The notes beneath the pieces were generated by a model. The model was given only the letters and a program-made list of their open reading frames with translations, had not been told where the DNA came from and made no database searches. Below are positions 48,202 to 56,332 of a stretch of DNA of 56,332 nucleotides, piece after piece. A program made the translations under genes and the position numbers. The stretch's first letter is position 1, and every line of letters starts with the position of its first letter. Source of the DNA: a bacterium UBP4_UBA6127 (GTDB taxonomy: Bacteria > UBP4 > UBA4092); assembly GCA_002428325.1 (NCBI GenBank), contig DIVR01000077.1:1-56332 (forward strand), in the 5' to 3' direction.

Positions 48202-48759
48202 TTGGGAAAAGTGTTTCTAAGACCGGGATTTTCCCCTGTCTTTATGGAAAATACGACAGTTTTATCCTCTTTTATTAAAAAAAACTTGGATTTTATTCAG
48301 ACCTGTCATACAATCACTTCCATTATGGAACATACCTACATCTTTTCTGAGGGGCACTGGGTTGCCCATGGCACCTATTTTGGCATGGATGGCAAACCGG
48401 TTCCCTTGGAGGGAATATCCAGAATCATTCATTCTGCCACACTCTGGCGTAATGACAGCACGATGAAAATTCTCCATCCCTCACCGGTGGAGTATCTGAA
48501 TGTCTATGAGATCCAGCCTTTCCATAATAAGGATTGGACGACCTGGCGTTCCCATCATCCGGCCCTGGGTTATCTCAAAGGGAAATTTATGGTGGTAGGC
48601 GAATGTATCCTTTCCGGGTATTCCTCCGAAAATGGCCTCTATTCCGGGACCGAAACCCTGATTCAAATCAGTCCCTCTCAATATCGCAGCTGGGGGATGT
48701 CTTTTAAATCCGGTGACAAATTATCATCCTGGATGTCCATTCTTACCAAAAAATCCTGA
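48202..48759 (+). CDS. hypothetical protein (beta-barrel-like; start uncertain, may be 48244 or 48322)
   Basis: The ORF has a TTG start in the track. Protein-like composition. No clear RBS. Confidence 0.35.
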   Translation: MGKVFLRPGFSPVFMENTTVLSSFIKKNLDFIQTCHTITSIMEHTYIFSEGHWVAHGTYFGMDGKPVPLEGISRIIHSATLWRNDSTMKILHPSPVEYLNVYEIQPFHNKDWTTWRSHHPALGYLKGKFMVVGECILSGYSSENGLYSGTETLIQISPSQYRSWGMSFKSGDKLSSWMSILTKKS

Positions 48760-48760
48760 G

Positions 48761-48780
48761 TTTTTGACAGCTGTCAAAAA
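48761..48780. repeat. palindromic element copy d, perfect TTTTTGACAGCTGTCAAAAA, 1 nt after the stop codon
   Basis: Seen in the sequence. Confidence 0.85.
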
Positions 48781-49233
48781 CTTCTTTCTGTAAAACCTTT
48801 CTCGGAAGATGCTCTCTTCCTTTTTTCCCCTTAATCAGGAATGATTCTTATTATTCCTGAGAGTTTTCACTGTTTCATATCCCTTCCCCTTCAGATTTGA
48901 TTCGGACTCTTAACGGAGTGCCTCTGAGATGCTCCGTTACTGATCCCTTACCTCTCAGGAAAACTTTTAGGGTGATTTTCGGAATGATTATTAAGATGGG
49001 AAAAATCTCTTTGGGAATCCGATGAAGGGGATTTATAAGAAAAACAGGGGTGGATTGCCCCAAGTTGGGGAAAATTAAAGTTCCCAGCCAGCCCATCCAA
49101 GTCAACAAAACCCTCCTTTAAACCAATATCTTTGTGTGTGGTATGATAAGAGGTCGTTTCCGGAATGCCTGGGATTTATCCGCAGAAGAAACGGTTCCGT
49201 ATTGAATTTGTTCAGGGTTAGGAGAATATAATC

Positions 49234-51525
49234 ATGATGCCATATTACAAACGATTTTTAAAAGGGATTCTTCCTTTTCTAAAAGGGATTCTTCCTTTGG
49301 CCTTGGGTCTGGTGATGGTTGGAAGTGTTTGGGGGGTTGAGAAAATCAGTTCTCCAACGACAGATAATTTACCTGTCCAAAGTCTTCCCTATACCGGTCC
49401 CATTGAGACCCCTTCCTTTTTGGAATTTGATGCTCAATGGGAATTCCTGCCCTATGATATCTCCTACGATAAAGTAACCTCAAATGCATATAAGGGCCAA
49501 TGGGGGACTGTCCCGGTTCCCGGATATTGGACAGAAGCCAAGATGGCTCCCGGCTCCAAGAAAGTCTGGCCGGGTCCGGCCGAGTTTTCCAAAGGCACCT
49601 CCGGAATGGGGGCGGCTTATTCGACTGCTTTTGCCTGGTACCGGAAAAAGTTTGATACCCCCAAAGAGTTAAAGCCTTTTGATGCCCGGATATTACTTTC
49701 CGGGGTGAAATGGAACAGCCAGGTCTGGCTGAATGGCCATTATTTAGGGTTCCATAAGGGGGGGTATTCTCCTTTTGAATATGATATTTCCAAATATTTT
49801 AAAGCCGGAGAAGAAAATGAGCTGTTAGTCCGATTGGGATCTTATCGAACCATTCCCCGGGGAGACAAAGGGCTTCCAGCCATGATGGTGGGGGATTTAA
49901 AGACCCTGCCAACCCGGGCGGCGGGTATTACCGAACCGGTGCTTCTGCGTTTTTACCGCAGAGCGGCCATCAAATCGGTTTTTGCCATTCCAAACGCTAA
50001 AAATAAGACGGTAACCGTTCGGATTACCCTGGATAATTATGACCAGCTGAAACCGGATGATAAATTGGATATCTATTTAAGCACTAATGATTCCATGGTC
50101 CCTCTCCATGAGGTGAGCATGGAAATTGAAAGGGATACCACCAATCGGATGGCCGGCAATGAAGTAACCATGGCTATTCCAGACTCGAAACTCTGGTGGC
50201 CTTGGAGACCCTTCCTATATAAGGTGGTGGTCTTGCTGAGAGATAAGAATAATCAGGCTTTGGATATTGAACCGGCCACTTTCGGGCTTCGGGATACTGA
50301 AGTCAGAGACGGCCATTACTACCTCAATGGGCAGCGGTTCCAACTGCGGGGATTCACCTTCCCGGAAGGAGCTGAAAGAATCCTGGGAGCGGAGCAGTCC
50401 ACAGATACGGCGTTCCTGAAGAAATTCCTTTATGAACTGCCGCGAAAAGGTAATTTCAATTCGATCCGAGTTCCTAACGGGCCTGTCTCTCAAAACCTGT
50501 TGAATCTTTTTGACCAGATGGGGATGCTGGTTATCCAGGAATTCCCGGTAACCCGGTACAGTAACCAGTGGGAAGATACCACCTTTGGAGTCTTTGCCCT
50601 GAAAGAATACCAGGATACCCTGCCTTTGTATTGGAACCATCCTTCCATAGCGATGTGGTCTCTTTCCAACCAGTCCTGGGATTCGGTGAAACGAAGTGTG
50701 GAATTGGCCTATGTCTATCCGACTTTAAAACGGCTGGACCCCAGCCGGCCTATTCTTCGGGGAGCCGATGAAACCCCGGAGGTGGTGGATATTTTCATGA
50801 ATGACGGCATGGCCAACCTTTCCCTCTCCGAATTCAGGAAGAAGGCGGAATCCCTCAATGAATATCGGAAAACCCAGGCGAAATTCTCTTCGGGGTATCT
50901 GGATAATCCATCCAAACCCGATGGTACCTGGAAAGATGATAAATTGGTGAAACTCCATTTTGGCGATAAAGCCACCCCGGCGGAGATGAGTTATCAGCAT
51001 GCCGAGATTGCCGCCCAACAGACAGAAATTTTACGGATGAACCAGTTTGATGGCATTTTCCCGGCTCAATACAGCGATTGGAGCCGGATGAAAGAATGGG
51101 ATTCGACTAAAAATAAGGAGAAGTTCCCGGGACCGAAACTGACCTATCAGGCATTAAAAAATGCTATGTCGCCGGTGGCGGCCTGCATGGACCTGCGGTC
51201 TCAGCAGTTCAAAGTCGGCCAGACCCTCAGTTTGCCGGTCAAAGCCGTCAATAGTACCCCGGGTGAATATCCCATTAAACTGGAAATATTCCTTTTGAAA
51301 GATAATCCAAATTTCGATTCCCGGAAGGCTAAGGATTTGGCAGGGAAAAACCTGTTCTACAACTCCAGCACAGCCCAGATCACGGGTTATACCATTGCGG
51401 AAGGAACGGTCCCGATTGCCCTTGATAAGAAAATGGCAGGCACCTGTTACCTGGTGTTCCTGGTAACTCAAACCGATACCGGAGAAGCGACCCTCAGCCA
51501 ACGGCGTATCCAGGTTCTGAAATAG
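49234..51525 (+). CDS. secreted glycoside hydrolase family 2-like (beta-mannosidase/beta-galactosidase-type)
   Basis: GH2 sugar-binding domain ...SQVWLNGHYLGFHKGGYSPFEYDISKYF...ENELLVRL. TIM-barrel segment ...YYLNGQRFQLRGFTF... Confidence 0.65.
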   Translation: MMPYYKRFLKGILPFLKGILPLALGLVMVGSVWGVEKISSPTTDNLPVQSLPYTGPIETPSFLEFDAQWEFLPYDISYDKVTSNAYKGQWGTVPVPGYWTEAKMAPGSKKVWPGPAEFSKGTSGMGAAYSTAFAWYRKKFDTPKELKPFDARILLSGVKWNSQVWLNGHYLGFHKGGYSPFEYDISKYFKAGEENELLVRLGSYRTIPRGDKGLPAMMVGDLKTLPTRAAGITEPVLLRFYRRAAIKSVFAIPNAKNKTVTVRITLDNYDQLKPDDKLDIYLSTNDSMVPLHEVSMEIERDTTNRMAGNEVTMAIPDSKLWWPWRPFLYKVVVLLRDKNNQALDIEPATFGLRDTEVRDGHYYLNGQRFQLRGFTFPEGAERILGAEQSTDTAFLKKFLYELPRKGNFNSIRVPNGPVSQNLLNLFDQMGMLVIQEFPVTRYSNQWEDTTFGVFALKEYQDTLPLYWNHPSIAMWSLSNQSWDSVKRSVELAYVYPTLKRLDPSRPILRGADETPEVVDIFMNDGMANLSLSEFRKKAESLNEYRKTQAKFSSGYLDNPSKPDGTWKDDKLVKLHFGDKATPAEMSYQHAEIAAQQTEILRMNQFDGIFPAQYSDWSRMKEWDSTKNKEKFPGPKLTYQALKNAMSPVAACMDLRSQQFKVGQTLSLPVKAVNSTPGEYPIKLEIFLLKDNPNFDSRKAKDLAGKNLFYNSSTAQITGYTIAEGTVPIALDKKMAGTCYLVFLVTQTDTGEATLSQRRIQVLK

Positions 51526-51635
51526 TTTCCACCAAAATAAAAGTGGAACTAAACCGGAAAATCTTAAACAGCCGGGGAGTCCCCGGCCACAACGGAAGGA
51601 CTCTCTGGATTTGAAGCTGAAAGCTCTGGTCTGGC

Positions 51636-52103
51636 CTAGCGGTGGCCTGCCGAGTCTTTTGGAGAGAGCTGAAAAACATCAATCAACTGGGCATCAAGGG
51701 AGAATCTTCCCGGCCCGGTCAGTAACAGGGTAACCGCCACGGTCCAATAGGCCAAAGGCAGTTCATATGAAGGCCCTTGCCCGGTACCAATCCAGGGATG
51801 TCCGGAAGGAATATGAACCATCAACAAGGCCACTGTCATGGTGGAGAGTATTCCCAGCAATGCTAAGGGAGTAACCAATCCAAAAGTGATGGCCAGCCCG
51901 CCCCCGAATTCTGATAACGCTGCCAGGAATTGGAAAAATCCCGGGACCGGAGCATCGGGGCCCATCCAGCTGAAAGGTGTCTGGATTTTCCCCCAGCCAT
52001 GCTGGACAAAAGCCAACCCTACAATCACCCGAAGCAACAACAGTCCGGTGGACTTTCGGCAATCCGGAAAACTTCCATAACTTTTCAATATCAAATTTTT
52101 CAT
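51636..52103 (-). CDS. DoxX-family membrane protein
   Basis: LLLRVIVGLAFVQHGWGKI. Start at 52103 after ggagga. Confidence 0.65.
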   Translation of the reverse strand: MKNLILKSYGSFPDCRKSTGLLLLRVIVGLAFVQHGWGKIQTPFSWMGPDAPVPGFFQFLAALSEFGGGLAITFGLVTPLALLGILSTMTVALLMVHIPSGHPWIGTGQGPSYELPLAYWTVAVTLLLTGPGRFSLDAQLIDVFQLSPKDSAGHR

Positions 52104-52221
52104 GAGAGTTCCTCCATAGTGAAGCATATCTCTATAAACATAAGTATATATCTGATAAGTTCCTTGGTAAAAGAGAGGGGCAGATGGAAGATGGTATAAT
52201 CAAATTTCATGGAGGTCTTAG

Positions 52222-52758
52222 ATGATGGATGAATCCTTAGGACGAATATTTATAGAGAATTCCCTTTTCAGGTTCAGGGCATTGAAAGACCTGGGGGAGA
52301 AGGCGATTGGAGAGTTGGATGACGGAGAGCTGACCCTGTCGCCTGATTCAGAATCCAATTCAGTGGCGGTCATCTGCCAGCATCTTCATGGGAATATGTT
52401 TTCCCGGTGGACTCAGTTTCTTACTACGGATGGAGAAAAGGAGACCCGGGACCGGGATGCTGAATTTACCCCGCCGGGCTCTCTATCCAGATCTGAATTG
52501 ATGGAACGTTGGAATGAAGGCTGGGCAGCTGTTTTTACGGCTTTGGAAACCCTGGAGCCGGTGGACCTGCTGAAAATTATCACCATCCGGGGCCAGGGTT
52601 TAACCGTAATGGATGCCATTCTTCGGCAAATCTCCCATTATGGGTATCATGTGGGACAGATTGTCTATCTGGCTAAACAGCTCAGGGGTTCCCAGTGGAA
52701 GACCCTCTCTATTCCCCGGGGAAAATCCAGGGAATACCGTCCCCAAAAAAGGGATTAA
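52222..52758 (+). CDS. DinB/YfiT-like (DinB_2) metal-dependent helix-bundle protein
   Basis: Histidines ICQHLHGNMF ... ISHYGYHVGQIVYLAK. RBS ggagg. Confidence 0.55.
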   Translation: MMDESLGRIFIENSLFRFRALKDLGEKAIGELDDGELTLSPDSESNSVAVICQHLHGNMFSRWTQFLTTDGEKETRDRDAEFTPPGSLSRSELMERWNEGWAAVFTALETLEPVDLLKIITIRGQGLTVMDAILRQISHYGYHVGQIVYLAKQLRGSQWKTLSIPRGKSREYRPQKRD

Positions 52759-52824
52759 TACCTTTGTGTTTCTATCAAGTGATGTAAAATAGGGTTAGAA
52801 CCATAACCAGGGGAGGTGAGGCTG

Positions 52825-53073
52825 ATGTTAAGAGAACATCCACCTTGTCCAAAATGCGGTTCCCGGAAGGTGGCCCAGATTGTTTATGGGCTGATTAATG
52901 TAACAGACGAATTCAAGAAGTTTCTAGACCGGGGCGATGTCCTCCTGGGAGGGTGTTGTGTGGATTCTGATTCCCCTTCCTGGCATTGCCATCAATGCCA
53001 GCATGATTGGGGTAATTGGGCTGATGATGAGCAGGAACCTCCCTCCTGGGACCGAAAAGAAAATTTGATTTGA
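52825..53073 (+). CDS. small zinc-ribbon protein (CPKC ... CHQC)
   Basis: RBS gggaggtgagg. Two CxxC pairs. Confidence 0.5.
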   Translation: MLREHPPCPKCGSRKVAQIVYGLINVTDEFKKFLDRGDVLLGGCCVDSDSPSWHCHQCQHDWGNWADDEQEPPSWDRKENLI

Positions 53074-53296
53074 TTCAAGGTTTCTGATGGTTGAAAAACG
53101 GCGGCCTCTTCAGGAAGCTTTTCAGTGAAAAGGTTAGGATTGGCTTGTGTGTTAGGGGATGATTCCCGGATACTATTGTTTCGTGGCTCAGAGACCTTCC
53201 TTCGAAAAACTCTGCCTGAGCCCACTTGGGAAATTAATAATCATTCTGAAGATGGAGAGCCGCTTAATTTAAAGGTTATTGATTTCAAAAGACTTA

Positions 53297-53421
53297 TTTT
53301 TTGACAGCTGTCAAAAGGCAACCCTATGATTATCAGCCTTATATGTTTTTGACGCCTGTCAAAAAGGTACTATATCTATAGCCAGAATCTCTATTTTGAC
53401 ACCTGTACTTACCTTTAATAC
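53297..53421 (+). repeat. three phased tandem units (~45 bp) each with palindrome/-35 TTGAC(A/G) and a -10-like hexamer
   Basis: Unit 1: TTGACA at 53301-53306, 18-nt spacer, TATGAT at 53325-53330. Unit 2: TTGACG at 53349-53354, 16-nt spacer, TATATC. Unit 3: TTGACA at 53396-53401, 14-nt spacer, TAATAC. The palindromes degrade progressively from unit 1 to unit 3. Confidence 0.6.
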
Positions 53422-53715
53422 CCCTATTTTGGGATAGCCATGAATAAGTATCTGTTAATGGGTTCTAAGAGTCCTTGAATAGTTTATATGCCAGACTGGA
53501 AATAGCATAACCTCTATATTATCAATAATTAACCTGTTAATTACCTAGCTTAATCTTTTATTTAAATAAAATTATTTTATTTTTTTTAAAAATAAATGTC
53601 GGAAAATGGGCTTCTCATGTCTCTGTATATATTGAAGTTATATAGCTCCTTATATATTAGGAAACAAACTAGGAATAATTCTTAATTTACAGATAACAAG
53701 AAGAGGTATGAACCG

Positions 53716-55053
53716 ATGAAAAGAGTGATAGGACTGGCAATACTGTTAATAAGTCTACTGGGAATATCGCAGGGAGTTACGATAGAGCGGGATGAAAATG
53801 GCCTGTTGAAAGTATACCGGCTGCAGCTGGGAGCCTATCCTGAAGAGAGCACCGCTTTAGTGATAAAGTCCCAGGCTCTTGAATCGGGATTCACTCCTGT
53901 GAATATCGTGAATGAAAACGGTTATTACAAGGTCCAAGCCGGGGAGTATCCGGATTATCTGACCGTCAAAGAAACCCAATCCCTTCATACGACGGACTGG
54001 AAGGGATGTTTTGTGGTTATAAAAGAGATATCCGAGACCGAGAAGGTCTCTTTGGGAATAGAAGAGAAAAATCATCTATATGAAGAAGATATGGAGCGGG
54101 CTGTCCAAAGGCGAAGCGAGGGGCCGGATGAATTATGGGAAAAAGGGTTATTGGCTTGGAAGAGCGCCGAAACTGTTGATGATGCCATTGAGTGTTTTGC
54201 CTGCCTAGCCCAGAAATATCCTGCTCATGAGAAAAGTCAGAAAGCCAGGGTCAATCTAGGGAACCTTTATGCATCCAGAGCTTACCGGATGAAGATAAAA
54301 GGAACCGGAGATCTCCAAAGCCAATATCGGAATTTACTAAGTTCCGCATGTTTAATGAAGGAATATCTTAAGAATAATCCGAATGCTTCTGATGTATCGG
54401 CTGTTCAAGCTCGATTAGGGGATGTTTTATACGCTCTTTCCCGATACCGTGGGGCATCGAGGCAGAATATCAAGGAAGCTATTACCCAGATAGATCTCGC
54501 TCTTGGGAATGAACTCAGTTCAGAAACATCCACCCATCTCCGGATGGAAAGGACAGCCTATCTGTTAGAGCTGGCGCGAAATCATCAAGTTTCCTACGAT
54601 ACGGTCATAACTGAAATCAACCGGGCAGAGAAAACATCTTCCGGGGCTCAGGATAAAGACAAGGCCCGGTTGCAGCTGATGAGGGCGGAAGTTTATGTGG
54701 AAACAAATAATATGGATTTAGCGGAATATGTGGCCGATAACCTGGTCAGCCGTTATACGACCTTGAATTCTGAGAGGGCTACGGCCCAGTTTATCCAAGG
54801 ATACTGCATCATGCAGAGCCAGCATTTCCGGATGGCCCTTCCTGTGTTTGCCTCTGTTTTAAAGGATTATGATTCCCAGGAAGACCCATTAATAAAACTG
54901 ACCCAACGTGAGGCTCTTTTATGCAAGGGGATATGCGAATACAAAATAGGCGAAGAAGACCAGTCAAAAGAGACGTTCAAATCTGTGATAGAGAAGTATC
55001 CGGGAATGGAAGAATCCGCCGTTGCTCAACGTTATTTAGGGCAGATGGAATAG
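53716..55053 (+). CDS. SPOR-domain (peptidoglycan-binding) plus TPR-like protein
   Basis: SPOR-like segment VYRLQLGAYPEESTALVIKSQALESGFTPVNIVNENGYYKVQAGEY. TPR-like helical C-terminal part. Confidence 0.55.
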   Translation: MKRVIGLAILLISLLGISQGVTIERDENGLLKVYRLQLGAYPEESTALVIKSQALESGFTPVNIVNENGYYKVQAGEYPDYLTVKETQSLHTTDWKGCFVVIKEISETEKVSLGIEEKNHLYEEDMERAVQRRSEGPDELWEKGLLAWKSAETVDDAIECFACLAQKYPAHEKSQKARVNLGNLYASRAYRMKIKGTGDLQSQYRNLLSSACLMKEYLKNNPNASDVSAVQARLGDVLYALSRYRGASRQNIKEAITQIDLALGNELSSETSTHLRMERTAYLLELARNHQVSYDTVITEINRAEKTSSGAQDKDKARLQLMRAEVYVETNNMDLAEYVADNLVSRYTTLNSERATAQFIQGYCIMQSQHFRMALPVFASVLKDYDSQEDPLIKLTQREALLCKGICEYKIGEEDQSKETFKSVIEKYPGMEESAVAQRYLGQME

Positions 55054-55086
55054 AGGGGGACTGAGTATATGCAGGAGATAATTCAA

Positions 55087-56332
55087 ATGAATCCAATGAA
55101 AAGACATATCCAATCCACAATAAATTTACTGGCCATGGTTACTTTGTTACTATTGGTTGCCAATTCTTTGGCCGGCCCCCAATATTATTATAAAGATTTC
55201 CCTCCCGATTCATATTATAATCCTATGATTGATGGCCGTTGCCTATGCAATGAGGATGGGAAACCCACCGAAAAAGGTTCGGTTGTCGATATGACCAATG
55301 GGCAGGTGACCCTAGAGGATTTCTTCCCTGTCTATCCAACTGTTGGGGAACCCATCACTTTAATACGGCGGCATTTATCTTATGCGAATCCCGCCAAGAC
55401 CGAGTCCTATTCGAGTGCTTCAATTGCTACTGGCGCTGGCGGTGGGCTTACCAGTACCGTTTATACCTCAGATGTGTCTCCTCTACCCAATTTTGGGAAA
55501 GGGGCTATCTGGAGTTATTACGAATATATCCGAGAACCCGCTTTAGCTATTGCCAACAGCGGGAGCGGTCAATCAGGGAGTGGGACTTTATATGCTATGT
55601 CCACCGGGAATAAATATCTGACCCTGTATAAAGGGAATCATATGGTATTGGTATATCGGCAGAGCTCAACCAATCCCAATTTATTCTACCCGCTGGAAGG
55701 CGTGAAAGATAAGATCATTATGGAAGACACCATTTTCCGAAGAATTACTGAAGATGGGATAACCTTCGGTTATGAACGCGAGAGAGCTTTAAGCGCTACA
55801 GAAGGAAAACTTCTATACGTACAAGAACAGCATGGGCATCGCATCAATATATCTTATGGGATTCCTATTATAAGAATAACGGATGCTTCGGGAAATGGTT
55901 TTGATTTACATTATGTAACTTATAACGATACCCAATATATATCAAGGGTAGAGGTAGGAGATCGGTCATGGACTTATACCTATGATTATAGTGAAGGGAA
56001 TCTCACGGCTGTTTCTGATAATACCTTAGGGCGAACCACCCGTTATAGTTATGATACCTCTCATCGGATAAAATCAGTTTCATACAGTTGGAGTCCTATC
56101 AGCACTGCTTATGTCTATGATACTTATGGAAAATGCACCCAAAGGACTGAAGTCAACCGGGAGACCAGTCAAACCAAGACCTGGTATTATGCCTACGACA
56201 GCGCAAATTTCAAAGCAACAGCGATAGATCCTTCAGGTGTTGCCACTTATTATGAATATACAGCTCAAACCTGGCAACTCTCCAAAGTGACCCGCGGGGG
56301 AAAGGTACTGGTCCAGCTTACTCATGATGCGC
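55087..56332 (+). CDS. YD-repeat/Rhs-family protein, N-terminal part (runs off window end)
   Basis: Read by hand; it is not in the ORF track because no stop is reached. RBS aggag, 10 nt before the ATG. Signal peptide. YD repeats ..YTYDYSEGNLTAV..RYSYDTSHRIKSV..YVYDTYGKCT..YYEYTAQTWQLSKVT. Confidence 0.65.
   Translation, partial: MNPMKRHIQSTINLLAMVTLLLLVANSLAGPQYYYKDFPPDSYYNPMIDGRCLCNEDGKPTEKGSVVDMTNGQVTLEDFFPVYPTVGEPITLIRRHLSYANPAKTESYSSASIATGAGGGLTSTVYTSDVSPLPNFGKGAIWSYYEYIREPALAIANSGSGQSGSGTLYAMSTGNKYLTLYKGNHMVLVYRQSSTNPNLFYPLEGVKDKIIMEDTIFRRITEDGITFGYERERALSATEGKLLYVQEQHGHRINISYGIPIIRITDASGNGFDLHYVTYNDTQYISRVEVGDRSWTYTYDYSEGNLTAVSDNTLGRTTRYSYDTSHRIKSVSYSWSPISTAYVYDTYGKCTQRTEVNRETSQTKTWYYAYDSANFKATAIDPSGVATYYEYTAQTWQLSKVTRGGKVLVQLTHDA

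Noticed and set aside
53297-53421. CRISPR array
   Set aside because: There are only three units, they degrade progressively, and they are not separated by unique spacers. They are promoter-like palindromes, not CRISPR repeats. No cas genes are present. No CRISPR was found elsewhere in the window.

Overview
The window is one bacterial chromosomal segment, about 45% GC and densely coded. No rRNA, tRNA, CRISPR array, transposase or integrase was seen. The protein set (LVIVD, lamin-tail and YD-repeat secreted proteins, GspG-like pilin, PilM-PilN fusion, membrane pyrophosphatase) suggests an uncultivated lineage; this is only a guess. Summary follows in genome order. (1) 1-2650: a decaying tandem array of a two-gene cassette: a secreted HEAT-repeat protein plus a single-pass membrane protein. 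The first copy is cut by the window edge, the second is complete, and a frameshifted relic lies between. A 100% identical tract of about 110 nt is shared by the two HEAT-repeat genes. (2) 3023-5040: an ECF sigma factor, a FecR-type anti-sigma and a downstream target gene. (3) 5484-15940, minus strand: a partial T2SS/T4P-like pilus operon, gspI-gspJ-gspK, pilM-pilN fusion, pilO, pilP-like, pilQ secretin, then a GT-C-like membrane protein and a beta-propeller-like secreted protein. No ATPase, platform protein or prepilin peptidase is present. The likely major pilin (GspG-like, 44549-45199) sits 29 kb away under its own strong promoter and terminator, followed by two lamin-tail/ExeM-N-like secreted proteins. 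(4) 19888-25436: a sulfur amino acid cluster (cysK, metB/C, metY), an outer-membrane beta-barrel and a Cys-containing Rrf2 regulator. (5) Remaining genes: large surface proteins (GH20-like hydrolase, LVIVD+FN3, a 1190-aa TPR protein, an FN3 protein, GH2, SPOR-TPR, a YD/Rhs protein running off the 3' end), an SPFH protein, a GT2, an LpxL-family acyltransferase, a K+-independent H+-pyrophosphatase, and an unusual trio of radical-SAM/SPASM protein, permease-less Wzt-like ABC ATPase and Arch-type AAA ATPase. Non-coding signals that the genes do not explain: (a) an 18-bp perfect palindrome TTTTGACAGCTGTCAAAA, with variants, recurs at least seven times in intergenic DNA and carries a -35 hexamer on both strands; three copies form a phased tandem array at 53297-53421; (b) a conserved hairpin-containing element of about 65 nt occurs at 4431-4496 and again at 25581-25660; (c) a near-consensus sigma70 promoter fused to the palindrome drives a 41-aa pilin N-terminal stub, and the pair is bracketed by exact 14-nt inverted repeats. 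All calls rest on reading the sequence plus family knowledge; no database search was possible.
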